Shown: positions 41,958 through 52,062, numbered from the stretch's first letter. The stretch is 64,000 bases of DNA from Alphaproteobacteria bacterium (GCA_965221125.1 CBDCRW010000004.1:608001-672000), one strand, 5' to 3'. A program made the numbers and translations. The notes: generated from the sequence alone by a model not told the origin.

Positions 41958-43194
41958 CCTCGAACAATCCCTGGTGCATGCCTCTCAGGGCGGCCTCGGC
42001 CGCCCGTTCGACGTGACGGTGCGTGTAGACCGCCGCCATCTTCGAATCCGGACTCCATCCCATCAGGAAGTTGCGGATGCGCTCCTCGCTCGCCTCGGGG
42101 GTGCGATCGCCACGCTCCGCCCTGCCGTCGATCGCGGCCGAGAACCTGTCGTTCCAGGTGTGGCGCAACAGGTGAGGATGGAGACGGAAGCCGAGAACGC
42201 TTTCGAGCGCAGCGAAGACGTTGCCCACGCTTCTCGGGGTCAACGGCGCTCCCGGCCTGATTCCTGCATGGGACACGAAGACATAGGCGTGCATCCGGGC
42301 GCCGGGTTCGGTCCGGCGCCAATCCGACAGGTAGGCGAAGAGGATGTCCGCCAGCTCCGGCCTGATCGGCACGGGCCGTGCGCCGGACTTGGTCTTCGGC
42401 TTCTGCCGACGAGGGTCCCGGGGGTCCGGAGGGCGCCGATGGATCGAGATCGTCAGTTTCCTGAAGTCGATGTCCGGGATCTTCAGGCCGCAAAGCTCGC
42501 CCCTGCGCATGCCGGTCTCGTCAAGGCAGGCAACAACGGCAAGGTTGCGATAGCGAACCGCCTCGCTCCGGAACGGGTTTTCCGGCGAGGACGGATCGAT
42601 GACGGCGAACAGCCGGTCGCGCTGTTCCGGCGACAGGCCCTTCCTGGGCTCGGACGGTTGACGCGCGCCCACCTTCGCCCGGGCGGTCAGAGCCTTGACG
42701 GTGTCGCGAAGGAGCTGCTGCGATCCGGCGGCACGGCTGTGGCTTGCAAGCCAGTCGAGATAGGCAGCGACGGACCGCACACGGTTGGCTCCGGTCTGGG
42801 GGTCCAGCATCTCATCGCAGTCGTGGGGAAGGTGCCGATGAAGCTCCTTGCCCGATCTGGAAAGCGGCAGGACATTGGCTTGGTGGGGACGCTCGGTCCG
42901 ATCCGGAACCCGGGCGGTCTTCAGCGCATGGGAAAGACTCTCGACCTCCCGCAGCTCCAGACCGGCGCCCGTGGCCATGCGTGCTTCGAGGGAGAGCCCG
43001 TTCGAGTGCGCCCACACCCGGGCCGCCGCGATCGCGCGCATGTGCGCCTCGATCGTGTTCTCGGCGCGGCCGGCGTTTCTGAGAATGGAGACCGCATACC
43101 GTATCGGCTCGGGCGCGGGGGCCGAGCCGGGCTCGACCAGGGCGGGGAGCGTCTCGCCGCCGGGAAGTCTGATTCTGCGGACGCTCTCGGGCAT
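41950..43194 (-). CDS. Tyrosine recombinase (GinA-like)
   Basis: TGMRRGEL, HPHLLRHTW and LMGWS..MAAVY motifs. Confidence 0.88.
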   Translation of the reverse strand: MPESVRRIRLPGGETLPALVEPGSAPAPEPIRYAVSILRNAGRAENTIEAHMRAIAAARVWAHSNGLSLEARMATGAGLELREVESLSHALKTARVPDRTERPHQANVLPLSRSGKELHRHLPHDCDEMLDPQTGANRVRSVAAYLDWLASHSRAAGSQQLLRDTVKALTARAKVGARQPSEPRKGLSPEQRDRLFAVIDPSSPENPFRSEAVRYRNLAVVACLDETGMRRGELCGLKIPDIDFRKLTISIHRRPPDPRDPRRQKPKTKSGARPVPIRPELADILFAYLSDWRRTEPGARMHAYVFVSHAGIRPGAPLTPRSVGNVFAALESVLGFRLHPHLLRHTWNDRFSAAIDGRAERGDRTPEASEERIRNFLMGWSPDSKMAAVYTHRHVERAAEAALRGMHQGLFEGE

Positions 43195-43330
43195 CGAAAG
43201 TTTACGCTCTTGCCTTGTTCCGGCTTACCTAGAATTGCGACTCCAAACGTGTCAATCATGAAATTCAACAAAAAATGAAAGCCCGCAAGGTGTTACCCCT
43301 GCGAGCTTTACATTTCTACCTAACTTCCCC

Positions 43331-43783
43331 TTAGAACGGGATTTCGTCGTCCAGATCCGCGGGCGCCGAGGCCGGGGCCGCGCCGGTGTCGCCCGCCGCG
43401 TCCGGGTCGGGCTGCATCCGGTCGTTGCCGTTCGGCTTGTCCAGGAATTGCACCCGGCCGCCCGGGACCAGCAGGATCTCGGTCGAGAAACGGTCGCCGT
43501 CCTCGCCCGGCTTCGACCAGCGGCGGGTCTGGAGCTTGCCGTCGACATAGACCAGCCGGCCCTTGGTGGCGTGCTTCTCGAACATGTCGATCAGCCCCTC
43601 CTGGAAGGTGACGACCCGGTGCCATTCGGTCTTGTCGACCTTCTCGCCGGTCTGCTTGTTGATGTACGACTCGTCGGTCGCGATGCTCAGGTTGGCCACG
43701 CGGCCCCCCGAGGTGAGGTGGTTGACGGTCACGTCGGCGCCGAGGCGGCCGATCAGTTCCACGCGGTTGAGTCCGAATGCCAT
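43331..43783 (-). CDS. ssb: Single-stranded DNA-binding protein (backbone copy)
   Basis: Classic SSB OB-fold motifs and acidic tip DDEIPF. Confidence 0.93.
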   Translation of the reverse strand: MAFGLNRVELIGRLGADVTVNHLTSGGRVANLSIATDESYINKQTGEKVDKTEWHRVVTFQEGLIDMFEKHATKGRLVYVDGKLQTRRWSKPGEDGDRFSTEILLVPGGRVQFLDKPNGNDRMQPDPDAAGDTGAAPASAPADLDDEIPF

Positions 43784-43891
43784 GACGATTCCCCTTCATG
43801 GTCTGGATGATGACGATGGGTGATGAACGACCGGGGCCGGGTCACTCCCCCGAAGCCCCGACCGTTCAATCTCTCCAAGCCCTCCTCCCCT

Positions 43892-44143
43892 CTATTCCGG
43901 CAGAGGGAGCGACGACGCCGGGTCCCAGGGTTCCGCCGGCGCCGCGTCCTGGAAGGACATGCCGAACGCCGGTTCCGGGTAGAGGCTCGCGAAGCCGTGT
44001 TCGGGATAGACTGCGCCCCGGTCAGGACAGCGGATGGCGCGCTCGTCCTCGGCGATCTCGCGGACGGTGTGACGGCCGACGCCGATCTCGGCGAGCAGAT
44101 CGCTGCCGGTCGGAATGTCGTGGGATGTGTCGGGATGGAACAT
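43892..44143 (-). CDS. Small hypothetical protein
   Basis: GAGGAGG SD before ATG 44143; 83 aa. Confidence 0.45.
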   Translation of the reverse strand: MFHPDTSHDIPTGSDLLAEIGVGRHTVREIAEDERAIRCPDRGAVYPEHGFASLYPEPAFGMSFQDAAPAEPWDPASSLPLPE

Positions 44144-44244
44144 GGGCGGGACCTCCTCTGCCGCTGCCCGATCCGGCATCGGCGCGGGGGACCCACTCCC
44201 TCCGGCCTGCCGGACACTCGCCCGACAGGCGCTCCTCTCCTGCT

Positions 44245-44781
44245 CTACGAACCGGACGCGGCGCGGCGGATGGCGGCCAGGCGCTCGCATACCGCCCGCG
44301 GCGACATGGCTCCGAGGTTCAGCACCGGAATGCCGCGGGCCTCGGCGATGCGAATACCCATGCCCGTGCCGCCGACCGGCTCGCCGCGTGCCGACCAGCA
44401 CACGACCGCATCGACGGGCCGGTCCAGCCGCTGGCCCAGCAGGATCGCGACATTCCGGGCGTGCAGCTTCCGGGCGCCCGACGAGCAGCGGTGCCAGGCG
44501 GGATGCAGGCCAGCCGCGATTTCCATGCATGCGGGGAGCAGCGACGGGGTGAGCACGCGGCAGTCCGGCCCCCGGTGCCCGTTATAGCCCCGCCATGGCA
44601 GCCAGATGGTCCGCTGCTCCACCGGCGCTCCCGCCGCGAACGCGCTGTCGGCCCCGTCCGCGCCGCCTGAAGACAAATGCCAGCCGGTCCGCGCCAGCCA
44701 GCCCGCCATCGTCTCCATATTCGCCAGCACGGTCGCCGGCGTCTCGCGCGAGCCGATCCCCGCATAGGTCAATGTCGTCAT
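44245..44781 (-). CDS. SLOG/DprA-like nucleotide-binding protein
   Basis: YAGIGSRETP, SGGADGADSAF, RN..I.G and GGTG motifs typical of the SLOG fold. Confidence 0.75.
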   Translation of the reverse strand: MTTLTYAGIGSRETPATVLANMETMAGWLARTGWHLSSGGADGADSAFAAGAPVEQRTIWLPWRGYNGHRGPDCRVLTPSLLPACMEIAAGLHPAWHRCSSGARKLHARNVAILLGQRLDRPVDAVVCWSARGEPVGGTGMGIRIAEARGIPVLNLGAMSPRAVCERLAAIRRAASGS

Positions 44782-44921
44782 GGTCCGATCTCCCCGGTTG
44801 CGACGGCCGCGACTCCCTCTCGGTCAACGGCTTCGCTCCCGGACCGCTTTTCTCCACCTCTGCGATGCGAACGGACCGGCCTCGCTTGCATTGCCGCGCT
44901 GCCCGGGGCATCGGTTGCGGC

Positions 44922-45302
44922 ATGAACGGTCGTGGATCGATGGCGAGGCGCGGATTCTGGCCGCTGGCGCTTCTCTGGCTGCCGGCCGGGGTGATGGCGC
45001 AGGCGGTCATCCGGTTCGGGCCGTCGGCGGTCGGGTTCGCGGATTCCGGGGAGGCGCTGGCGGCGCTGGGCTCGCTCGCCGTCGCCGTCCCGTGCGGTCT
45101 GCCGCTGGCGCTCGGCTGCCGGCGCCTCTGGCGCCTCGGCTACCGACGCGCGGCCTGGGCGACAGCTATCGGGCTGGGCGCGCTCACCGTGCAGGCGACG
45201 GTCGTCGCCGGGCTCCTCGGCCCGGTGGCCATCGCCGTCTGCGCCGCTGTGTTGAGCCTGCCGGTCTGGATCGCCTGGCTTTGGTTTGTGCGGCGCGGAT
45301 GA
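44922..45302 (+). CDS. Small multi-pass membrane protein
   Basis: About four hydrophobic helices in 126 aa. Confidence 0.55.
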   Translation: MNGRGSMARRGFWPLALLWLPAGVMAQAVIRFGPSAVGFADSGEALAALGSLAVAVPCGLPLALGCRRLWRLGYRRAAWATAIGLGALTVQATVVAGLLGPVAIAVCAAVLSLPVWIAWLWFVRRG

Positions 45303-45567
45303 TTGCGGACGGCGGGCCGGCAGCGGAGCATGGCCGCCATGTGCGAGCCCCTATGGTCGCCGGACGGCACGGGGTCGGCTGCGCAGTAGTGCGATGGGCC
45401 GAAACCGGGCGGCCGTGGCCCCGACAAGACGACGATGGGCCGGCTGCGCAGCAGGGCGGTCAGACCGAACGGCGCGGAGAGGCGGTGGGTTTGGCGTCAC
45501 CGGCCCGCACAGGCATGTCCGGGACAGACATTGGCCATTCGCGCATTTTTGTGCGAGAGTGCTGCGG

Positions 45568-45780
45568 GTGAACGGACGTGAATTCATAACGCGGGTGAGA
45601 AGGCTGGCGCGCAGAAGCGGCATCGCGGTCCGGTTCGACAGGACAAGGGGCAAGGGCAGTCACGGCACCCTGTATTACGGCGACCGACATACCGTGGTGA
45701 AGGACCGCAGGAAGCCGCTCAAGACCGGTACGCTGCGCGGCATGTGCAAACAGCTGGGCATCGACCCGAACGACCTATAG
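45568..45780 (+). CDS. hicA: HicA-family toxin
   Basis: RGKGSHG motif and GTL..M.KQLGI; GTG start; 70 aa. Confidence 0.88.
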   Translation: MNGREFITRVRRLARRSGIAVRFDRTRGKGSHGTLYYGDRHTVVKDRRKPLKTGTLRGMCKQLGIDPNDL

Positions 45781-45792
45781 GGAGTTCCGATC

Positions 45793-46227
45793 ATGGCAAC
45801 CCGATACAGCTACCCCATCGACCTCCACAAGGAACGCGAAGGCGGGTTTTCGGTGACCTTTCCGGACTTCGACGAGGCCTTCACCGACGGCGATACCGTC
45901 GCCGAGGCGGTCGCGGAAGCCGCGGACTGCCTGGAGGAGGCGCTCGCGGGCCGCATCGCGCGGCGCGAGGACATCCCGGCTCCGAGCCCGGCGAAGGGCC
46001 GGCCGGCGGTGACGCCCGGCGCGGTGCTCGCCGCCAAGGCGGCGCTCTACGAGGTCCTGCGCGAGCAGCGGCTGTCCAACAGCGCCTTCGCGGTGGCCAT
46101 GGGCGTTCAGGAGAGCGAGGTTCGCCGCATGCTCGACCCCCGTCATGCCACCAAGATCGGCAGACTGGAGGAAGCCCTGGCCCGTTTCGGAAAGCGTCTG
46201 GTGGTTACTGTGGAGGTGGCCGCCTGA
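45793..46227 (+). CDS. hicB: HicB-family antitoxin
   Basis: FSVTFPDF..AFTDGDT..EA..A.D.L RNase H-like fold plus C-terminal HTH. Confidence 0.9.
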   Translation: MATRYSYPIDLHKEREGGFSVTFPDFDEAFTDGDTVAEAVAEAADCLEEALAGRIARREDIPAPSPAKGRPAVTPGAVLAAKAALYEVLREQRLSNSAFAVAMGVQESEVRRMLDPRHATKIGRLEEALARFGKRLVVTVEVAA

Positions 46228-46295
46228 CCGGCGAGCGGCGGATGGTGGGCCGGCTGCGGAGCAGGAGTGTGGGGGCGTGGATTTCCGCGAGCAGA

Positions 46296-46799
46296 TCAAG
46301 CATCGCCGAAGAGCTGATGCCACAGGCCCTCGATCGAATCGATGCGTGTGAATTGGCCCTTGTTGACGACACGGTGGGTGGGCCTCTCGGCCTTCACGCC
46401 TTGGGCGTTCGCCTTGGTGTGCTTCGCGGTCCTGAACGATTCGAGATCCGGCAGTCTCTTTCCGGGCTCGCCGCCGAAATACAGAAAGGGTCCGAGTTCG
46501 AGGGAATCGGGATCGAAGTACACCCATACGACGCAGCCGGATGGCTTTTCGGCCAGAGAAAGACCGACTTTCTGGGTTGCGGTCCTGGAACCGCGATAAG
46601 ACGCTTTCAACTGTATGTGGCGAACATGCCCGTTGCACTCGGCGATGAGATCATACCCGGCCCGGTCCACTTCTGGCTTTGATGTTTCGATCGAGCAATC
46701 GCCTCTCTGCCAGGACCGTTTCAGCAACTCGCCGACCAGAAGGTGCTCGATGAGGTTCTCGCGGAATGCGGAATGGAGATAGTGCTTGCTGTCGTTCAT
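46296..46799 (-). CDS. Putative PD-(D/E)xK nuclease
   Basis: E..VDRAGYDL..HIQLKAS (D..QxK) motif; lower GC than flanks. Confidence 0.55.
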   Translation of the reverse strand: MNDSKHYLHSAFRENLIEHLLVGELLKRSWQRGDCSIETSKPEVDRAGYDLIAECNGHVRHIQLKASYRGSRTATQKVGLSLAEKPSGCVVWVYFDPDSLELGPFLYFGGEPGKRLPDLESFRTAKHTKANAQGVKAERPTHRVVNKGQFTRIDSIEGLWHQLFGDA

Positions 46800-46899
46800 G
46801 AACCGGGGATCGCTCTTGGGTTGGCTGACGGTCGGCATCGTCGGTGGCCGCGATCGATTCCGGTGGTGTTTGTCGCACCGCCTGTGAAACGCAAGCGCG

Positions 46900-47169
46900 T
46901 CAATGCCAGGCCTCACCCTCCGGATCGTCGTCTTCGGCTTGCATGGAGGCCGCCGCCATGGCGGTCCAGTCCTCGCGGTCGTAACCGAGCCTTCGATTCA
47001 GTTTGTCGCAAAGGTCCAGGGCATTGTCGAGGTCGAGGGTCACGAGCGCCGTCGGGACATGCCCGGCGAGGCCCTCGAAGACGATGTGGATTTGCTGGGC
47101 ATCGACCTCGACATCGTAGGCGGGCACGAAGCAGAAGTTCGGCTCGTCGGGGAGTGTCTGCTCGATCAT
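46900..47169 (-). CDS. Small acidic hypothetical protein
   Basis: AAGGA SD; 89 aa. Confidence 0.55.
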   Translation of the reverse strand: MIEQTLPDEPNFCFVPAYDVEVDAQQIHIVFEGLAGHVPTALVTLDLDNALDLCDKLNRRLGYDREDWTAMAAASMQAEDDDPEGEAWH

Positions 47170-47303
47170 GGGGTTGTTCCTTCACGGGAGTGCGGTGCCG
47201 GCGCGCGGGACAGATGTAACCCTTGCGCGACCGGGACGGAAGCGGCGCCGGCCAGGCGAGGATGCCGGGCCGGCGACACGGGTGGAGAGCGACGCCCGCC
47301 GGG

Positions 47304-50300
47304 TCAGGCTGCGAGCGGCCAGCGTTCGAGAACGCGTTCCAGCACGCCGGCATTGGGCGCGAATATCCGGGCCCGGAACGAGACGATCTCGACGGTGCAG
47401 CCCATGCGCTTCAGCGCGGCCATATCGGTATCCGCCGGCCCCTCGATCTCGACCCGGTCGGCGCCCATCAGCCTACGCCGCGCGAGCCGCCAACCGTTGG
47501 CGAGAGACAGCGCGGTGCCGCGTTCCATGACCGCCGCGAAGGCTTCCGCGCCGGTCATGGCGGGACCGCCGTCGAGACCGAACCCGGCGCGCACGGAGCG
47601 TACCTGCTCGGCGTCGAGCACGCGTCCGATGAGGGCGATGCCATCGTCACTGGTGAGCCGTCGGACCCGCATGTTCTCGGCGGGCAGGCGGTCCCAGACC
47701 GGCAGTAGCAGGCCGGAGGCGAGCCAGAAGCGCGAGTCCCGGTGGGACGGCAGTCCGGCGATCTCGGCGTCCCAGACGCGCCGCCACCCGGCTTCGTCGG
47801 CCCGGCGCCAGTTGGAGGCGTCGAGCTCGGCCTTCGCCATGGTCTCGGCGGTCGCGGGCCGGATGAGCCGCACCCGCTCCTTCACGCCGCCGTCGTCGAG
47901 CATGCGCGAGGCGGCCGGCAGCACCACGGCGGCGCGCTTCGAGCGGGCGTTGACGGCGAGACGGGGCTTTCCGTCCGGTCCCGGATCCCGCTCGCCGATC
48001 TCCAGCGCGGCGTCGGCGGTGAGCGGCACCAGCCGATCGCGGCGCACGATCTCGACCAGCTCGGTCGCCGCGCCTGTGCCGGGATGCTCGTAGAGCGTCT
48101 CCCGGCCGGCGACGGCGAGCGAGTCGGCGGTCACCGTCTCGACCCCGACCTCGTAGCTGCCGGCCTCGATCGCCTGCTCGATATTGGCGGCGATGCGGGC
48201 CTCCAGCTCGGCAAAGAGCTGGTTCTGCTCGGCGATGGGGAGCGCCAGCAGACGGTTGAGGAACCTGGGCATGGGCGGCAGGTCCTCCTTGAGCGATCCC
48301 TCCCAGGTGAGCTTGAGCCCGGTGGCCTTCTCGAAGCGCTCCAGAGTCCAGCCCTGGATGGACCCGCGCCAGAGCGCGCCGTAGAACTGGCGCAAGGCAG
48401 CCTTGGCATACGGGCTCTCAAGGTTGTCGCTCTCGCGGAACAGCGCCGCGTCGCTGCCGCCCATGGCGGTCTGACTGTCCCGCTGGCCCCGCGTGATGGC
48501 GCCGAGGCTGTCGAGCCGCCGGGCGATGGTGGCGATGAACCGGCGCTCGCCCTTAACGTCCGTAGTGACGGGCCGGAACAGCGGCGCGGAGGCTTGGTGC
48601 GTGCGGTGGGTACGGCCCAGACCCTGGATCGCCTGGTCGGCGCGCCAGCCGGGTTCCAGCAGATAGTGGATGCGGCGTTCCGTGTTCCCGCAGGACAGAT
48701 CGGCGTGGTAGCTGCGGCCCGTGCCGCCCGCCATGGAGAACACGAGGATGCGCTTGCTCCCATCCATGAACGCGGCGGTCTCGGCAAGATTGGCAGAGGT
48801 CGGCCGCGAGCGCAGCGAGAGACGTTCGCCCTTGGCGTCCACGATCCTCACCACTCGGCGCGACCGGCCGGTGACCTCGGCGACGGCCTCGTGCCCGAAA
48901 TGCTGCACGATCTGGTCGAGCGCCGTCGGCACCGGCGGGAGCGCCGCGAGCTTCTCGATCAGCGCGTCGCGGCGGTCCTCGGCCTCCTTGCAGATGACGG
49001 GGTTGCCGTCGTCGTCCCTGGCGGGGCGGCTCAGGAGATTGCCGGCGTCGTCGGTGAAGGGCTCCTGGAGCTGCACCGGGAAGGCGTGCATCAGGTAGGA
49101 GAGAATGGCGTCCCGGGGCGTCAGGTCGATATTGAGATCGTCCCACTCCGAGGCCGGGACGTCGGCGATGCGGCGCTCCATCAGCGCCTCGCCCGTGGAC
49201 ACGAGCTGGACCACGGCGGACCGGCCGGCGGCAAGGTCGGCCTCGATCGCGCGGATGGTCGAGGGGCACTTCATGCCGGTCAGCAGGTGGCCGAAGAAGC
49301 GCTGCTTGGTGCCCTCGAAGGCCGACAATGCCGCCGCCTTGGCGTTCTTGTTGAGCGTGTCCTCGCCCTGGACGATGCCGGTCGCCTTCAGCGCCTCCTC
49401 GATGTTGGCATGGATCACCTTGAAGGCGCCGGCATAGGCGTCGTAGATGCGCCGCTGCTCGGGCGTGAGGGGGTGTTCGAGGATGCCGACCTCGATCCCG
49501 TCATAGGCCAAGGCTCTCGCCTGGTAGAGACCGAGGGCCTTCAGATCGCGCGCCACGACCTCCATCGCGGCGACGCCGCCCGCCTCCATGGCGGAGACGA
49601 ACTCGACGCGCTTCTCGAACGGCGTCTCGCCGGCGCCCCAGAGGCCGAGCCTGCCGGCATAGGCCAGACCCGGCACGGTGGTGGCGCCGGTGGCCGAGAT
49701 ATAGGCGATCCGCGCATCCGGCAGTGCGTTCTGGAGCCGCAGGCCGGCCCGTCCCTGCTGGGAGGGCTTGGTCTCGCCACGCTCGGACTTGGAGCCGGCG
49801 GCGTTGGCCATGGCATGCGCCTCGTCGAAGACGATGACCCCGTCGAAGGCGTGGCGGTCCTCTTCGTCCAATGAGCCCGCCAGCCATTCGACGATCTGGT
49901 CGAGCCGCGAGGGCTTCCCCTGGCGGGACGGCGAGCGCAGCGTGGCGTAAGTCGCGAACAGGATCCCCTCGTCGAGCGGGATCTCCATCCCCTGCCGGAA
50001 ATTGCCGAGCGGGATGACGTCGCTCTCCAGCCCGCCGAGCGCCGTCCAGTCGCGGCGCGCGTCCTCCAGCAGCTTGTCGGACTGGCTGAGCCAGAGGGCG
50101 CGTTTCCTGCCCCGCAGGCGGTGGTCGAGGATGATGGCGGCGACCTGGCGGCCCTTGCCGCATCCGGTGCCGTCTCCCAACATCCATCCCCGGCGGAAGC
50201 GCACCGGCTCCGACAGGGTCTCGCCCCCGGATCCAGTCCGGGGCAGGCTCTCCTGGGTGACGAGGGAGGTGTCGATTTCCTCCCCGGATCCGGTCCGGGG

Positions 50301-51845
50301 CAGGCTCTCGCCGTCCTTCGGGCAGCGGTGGACGGTCTCCCACTGGGAGTCGATCCGGTACTCCGCCGCGAGATGGCGCGAATGGGCCTCGCCCGCCAGC
50401 ACGACGCTCTCGAGCTGGGCATCGGACAGCATGCCGTCCGTTACCACGCGTTCCGGCAGCATCGGCCGCCAGGCCGGTACCGGATGGGGCACGGCGGCCA
50501 TGGCGGCGGACTGCACCAGCGGCGTCGGATGCTCGACCGCGCCCGGCACCCGCACCGCACGCGGCCGCCAGGGAGCGTAGGGACCCGCGTCGGCGGCCGA
50601 CGATTCGGCATCGGCGGTCGCTGTCTCCACCGGCCCGGTCTCGACGACCAGTTCCGATACCGGTCCCCAGTCATGGGCCTGCCGCGTCTCGGGCGTAGAT
50701 ACGGGCTTCTGACCCCGCCGCTTCTCGGTCTTCGGCGCTACCGGCTTGCCGAACAAGTCGCGCGCGGGGCCGGACTGGACCGGGGCGGACGCGATCGGCT
50801 GCCGCTTCGGTACCCGCGCGATGACGGCATCGAGTAGTTCGGCGGCGTTCTCGGCGCGTGCCGTTCCGTCCAGTTCGACAGCGGGTCCGGCGCCGCGCTC
50901 CAGCACGGTGAGGCGGGTGTCGAATCCGGTGCCCCGGCGGGCATAGGCCCGGCCGTCGATCGCCATGGTGAAGACGCAGCGGGCCGGCGGGTCGAGACGG
51001 CCGACGGTGTCGCCCGGCGCGCAATGGGCCGACGTGATCGTCACCAGCCGGCCGCCCGGCGGCAGCATCGAGGCGGCGGAGCGGACATGGCGGAGGTCGG
51101 CGTCGCGGGTGGTGCGGTCGACGCCGGGCGTTGCCGAAAACGGCGGGTTCATCAGGACCACCGTCGGCCGGACGTCGCGCAGCCGGTCCGCGATCGTCTC
51201 GGCGTTGAACGCGGTGACCACCGCCTCGGGGAAGAGCTGCGTCAGCAACCGCGCCCTGGTCTGCGCGTATTCGTTGAGGTGGAGATTGCCTGTGGCGGAG
51301 TTGCCGAGCGCGCACTGCGCCATGACGGCCAGCATCCCGGTGCCGGCGGAGGGTTCCAGCACGACATCGCCCGGCCGGATGGCGGCGGCCTGTAGCGCGG
51401 CATAGGCGAGCGGCAGCGGCGTCGAGAACTGCTGGAGGCGGACCTGCTGCTCGGAGCGCCTGGTATGCGAGGGCTCCAGCGCCGCGAGGGCCTCCAGCAT
51501 CGCCAGCATGCGGCGCGTGCCGTCAATACCGGCGCCCGCATTGCGCCGCATGCCCCGGCCGTAGCGCTGCATGAAGATCACGACGGCCGCTTCGGCGGCC
51601 TCGTAGGCATCCTTCCAGACCCAGGCGCCCTCGGCGTCGGTGGCGCCGAAGGCATCCGTCATGGCGGCCCGCAGCGTTGCGGCATCGAGCGGACGTCCGG
51701 CCTCCAGCACCGGCAGCAGGGTTCGGGCCGCGGCGAACAGGGCGTCGCCCGCGATCGGGCGGGCCGGCGATGCGGCCGGGTCGGTGGGGACGGCGGGAGG
51801 AAGAGAACGCGCGAGGGCGTCCGGCGCCGGATGGGCGTCGAGCAT
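47304..51845 (-). CDS. Strawberry-notch family SF2 helicase fused to an N6-adenine methyltransferase-like domain
   Basis: QQFSTP, VLEPSAGTG and MNPPF (MTase); GDGTGCGKGR, FDEAH, SATG and QGLGRTHR (helicase). Confidence 0.9.
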   Translation of the reverse strand: MLDAHPAPDALARSLPPAVPTDPAASPARPIAGDALFAAARTLLPVLEAGRPLDAATLRAAMTDAFGATDAEGAWVWKDAYEAAEAAVVIFMQRYGRGMRRNAGAGIDGTRRMLAMLEALAALEPSHTRRSEQQVRLQQFSTPLPLAYAALQAAAIRPGDVVLEPSAGTGMLAVMAQCALGNSATGNLHLNEYAQTRARLLTQLFPEAVVTAFNAETIADRLRDVRPTVVLMNPPFSATPGVDRTTRDADLRHVRSAASMLPPGGRLVTITSAHCAPGDTVGRLDPPARCVFTMAIDGRAYARRGTGFDTRLTVLERGAGPAVELDGTARAENAAELLDAVIARVPKRQPIASAPVQSGPARDLFGKPVAPKTEKRRGQKPVSTPETRQAHDWGPVSELVVETGPVETATADAESSAADAGPYAPWRPRAVRVPGAVEHPTPLVQSAAMAAVPHPVPAWRPMLPERVVTDGMLSDAQLESVVLAGEAHSRHLAAEYRIDSQWETVHRCPKDGESLPRTGSGEEIDTSLVTQESLPRTGSGGETLSEPVRFRRGWMLGDGTGCGKGRQVAAIILDHRLRGRKRALWLSQSDKLLEDARRDWTALGGLESDVIPLGNFRQGMEIPLDEGILFATYATLRSPSRQGKPSRLDQIVEWLAGSLDEEDRHAFDGVIVFDEAHAMANAAGSKSERGETKPSQQGRAGLRLQNALPDARIAYISATGATTVPGLAYAGRLGLWGAGETPFEKRVEFVSAMEAGGVAAMEVVARDLKALGLYQARALAYDGIEVGILEHPLTPEQRRIYDAYAGAFKVIHANIEEALKATGIVQGEDTLNKNAKAAALSAFEGTKQRFFGHLLTGMKCPSTIRAIEADLAAGRSAVVQLVSTGEALMERRIADVPASEWDDLNIDLTPRDAILSYLMHAFPVQLQEPFTDDAGNLLSRPARDDDGNPVICKEAEDRRDALIEKLAALPPVPTALDQIVQHFGHEAVAEVTGRSRRVVRIVDAKGERLSLRSRPTSANLAETAAFMDGSKRILVFSMAGGTGRSYHADLSCGNTERRIHYLLEPGWRADQAIQGLGRTHRTHQASAPLFRPVTTDVKGERRFIATIARRLDSLGAITRGQRDSQTAMGGSDAALFRESDNLESPYAKAALRQFYGALWRGSIQGWTLERFEKATGLKLTWEGSLKEDLPPMPRFLNRLLALPIAEQNQLFAELEARIAANIEQAIEAGSYEVGVETVTADSLAVAGRETLYEHPGTGAATELVEIVRRDRLVPLTADAALEIGERDPGPDGKPRLAVNARSKRAAVVLPAASRMLDDGGVKERVRLIRPATAETMAKAELDASNWRRADEAGWRRVWDAEIAGLPSHRDSRFWLASGLLLPVWDRLPAENMRVRRLTSDDGIALIGRVLDAEQVRSVRAGFGLDGGPAMTGAEAFAAVMERGTALSLANGWRLARRRLMGADRVEIEGPADTDMAALKRMGCTVEIVSFRARIFAPNAGVLERVLERWPLAA

Positions 51846-52062
51846 GGCAGGCTCCGTGCTGGAATGGACCGGGCAGGTCGGCGGCGCGGCACGGAACTCC
51901 CGCCCCGCTTCGCCGGACCGCCCAAGGCCGGCTGACCGGACTCCCGCCGGCGCAATGCGCGCCCGTGAAACCCCACGCAAGCGCGGCTGGTGTATGCGTT
52001 CAGGAAGGTGTGGGAGCGCCTGGGGAGCCCGCGCCGCTCAGGGCGGGCTCAGGCGGGACGGG

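Larger units (their letters stand above)
34530..43334 (-). mobile_element. GInt-like element (three tyrosine recombinases plus small ginD-like gene) inserted at the ssb 3' end
   Basis: Inverted ends GGGAAGTT (34541-48) and AACTTCCC (43322-29). Duplicated ssb-terminal core CCRTTCT(A/G)A at both junctions. AT-rich ends. Confidence 0.72.
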
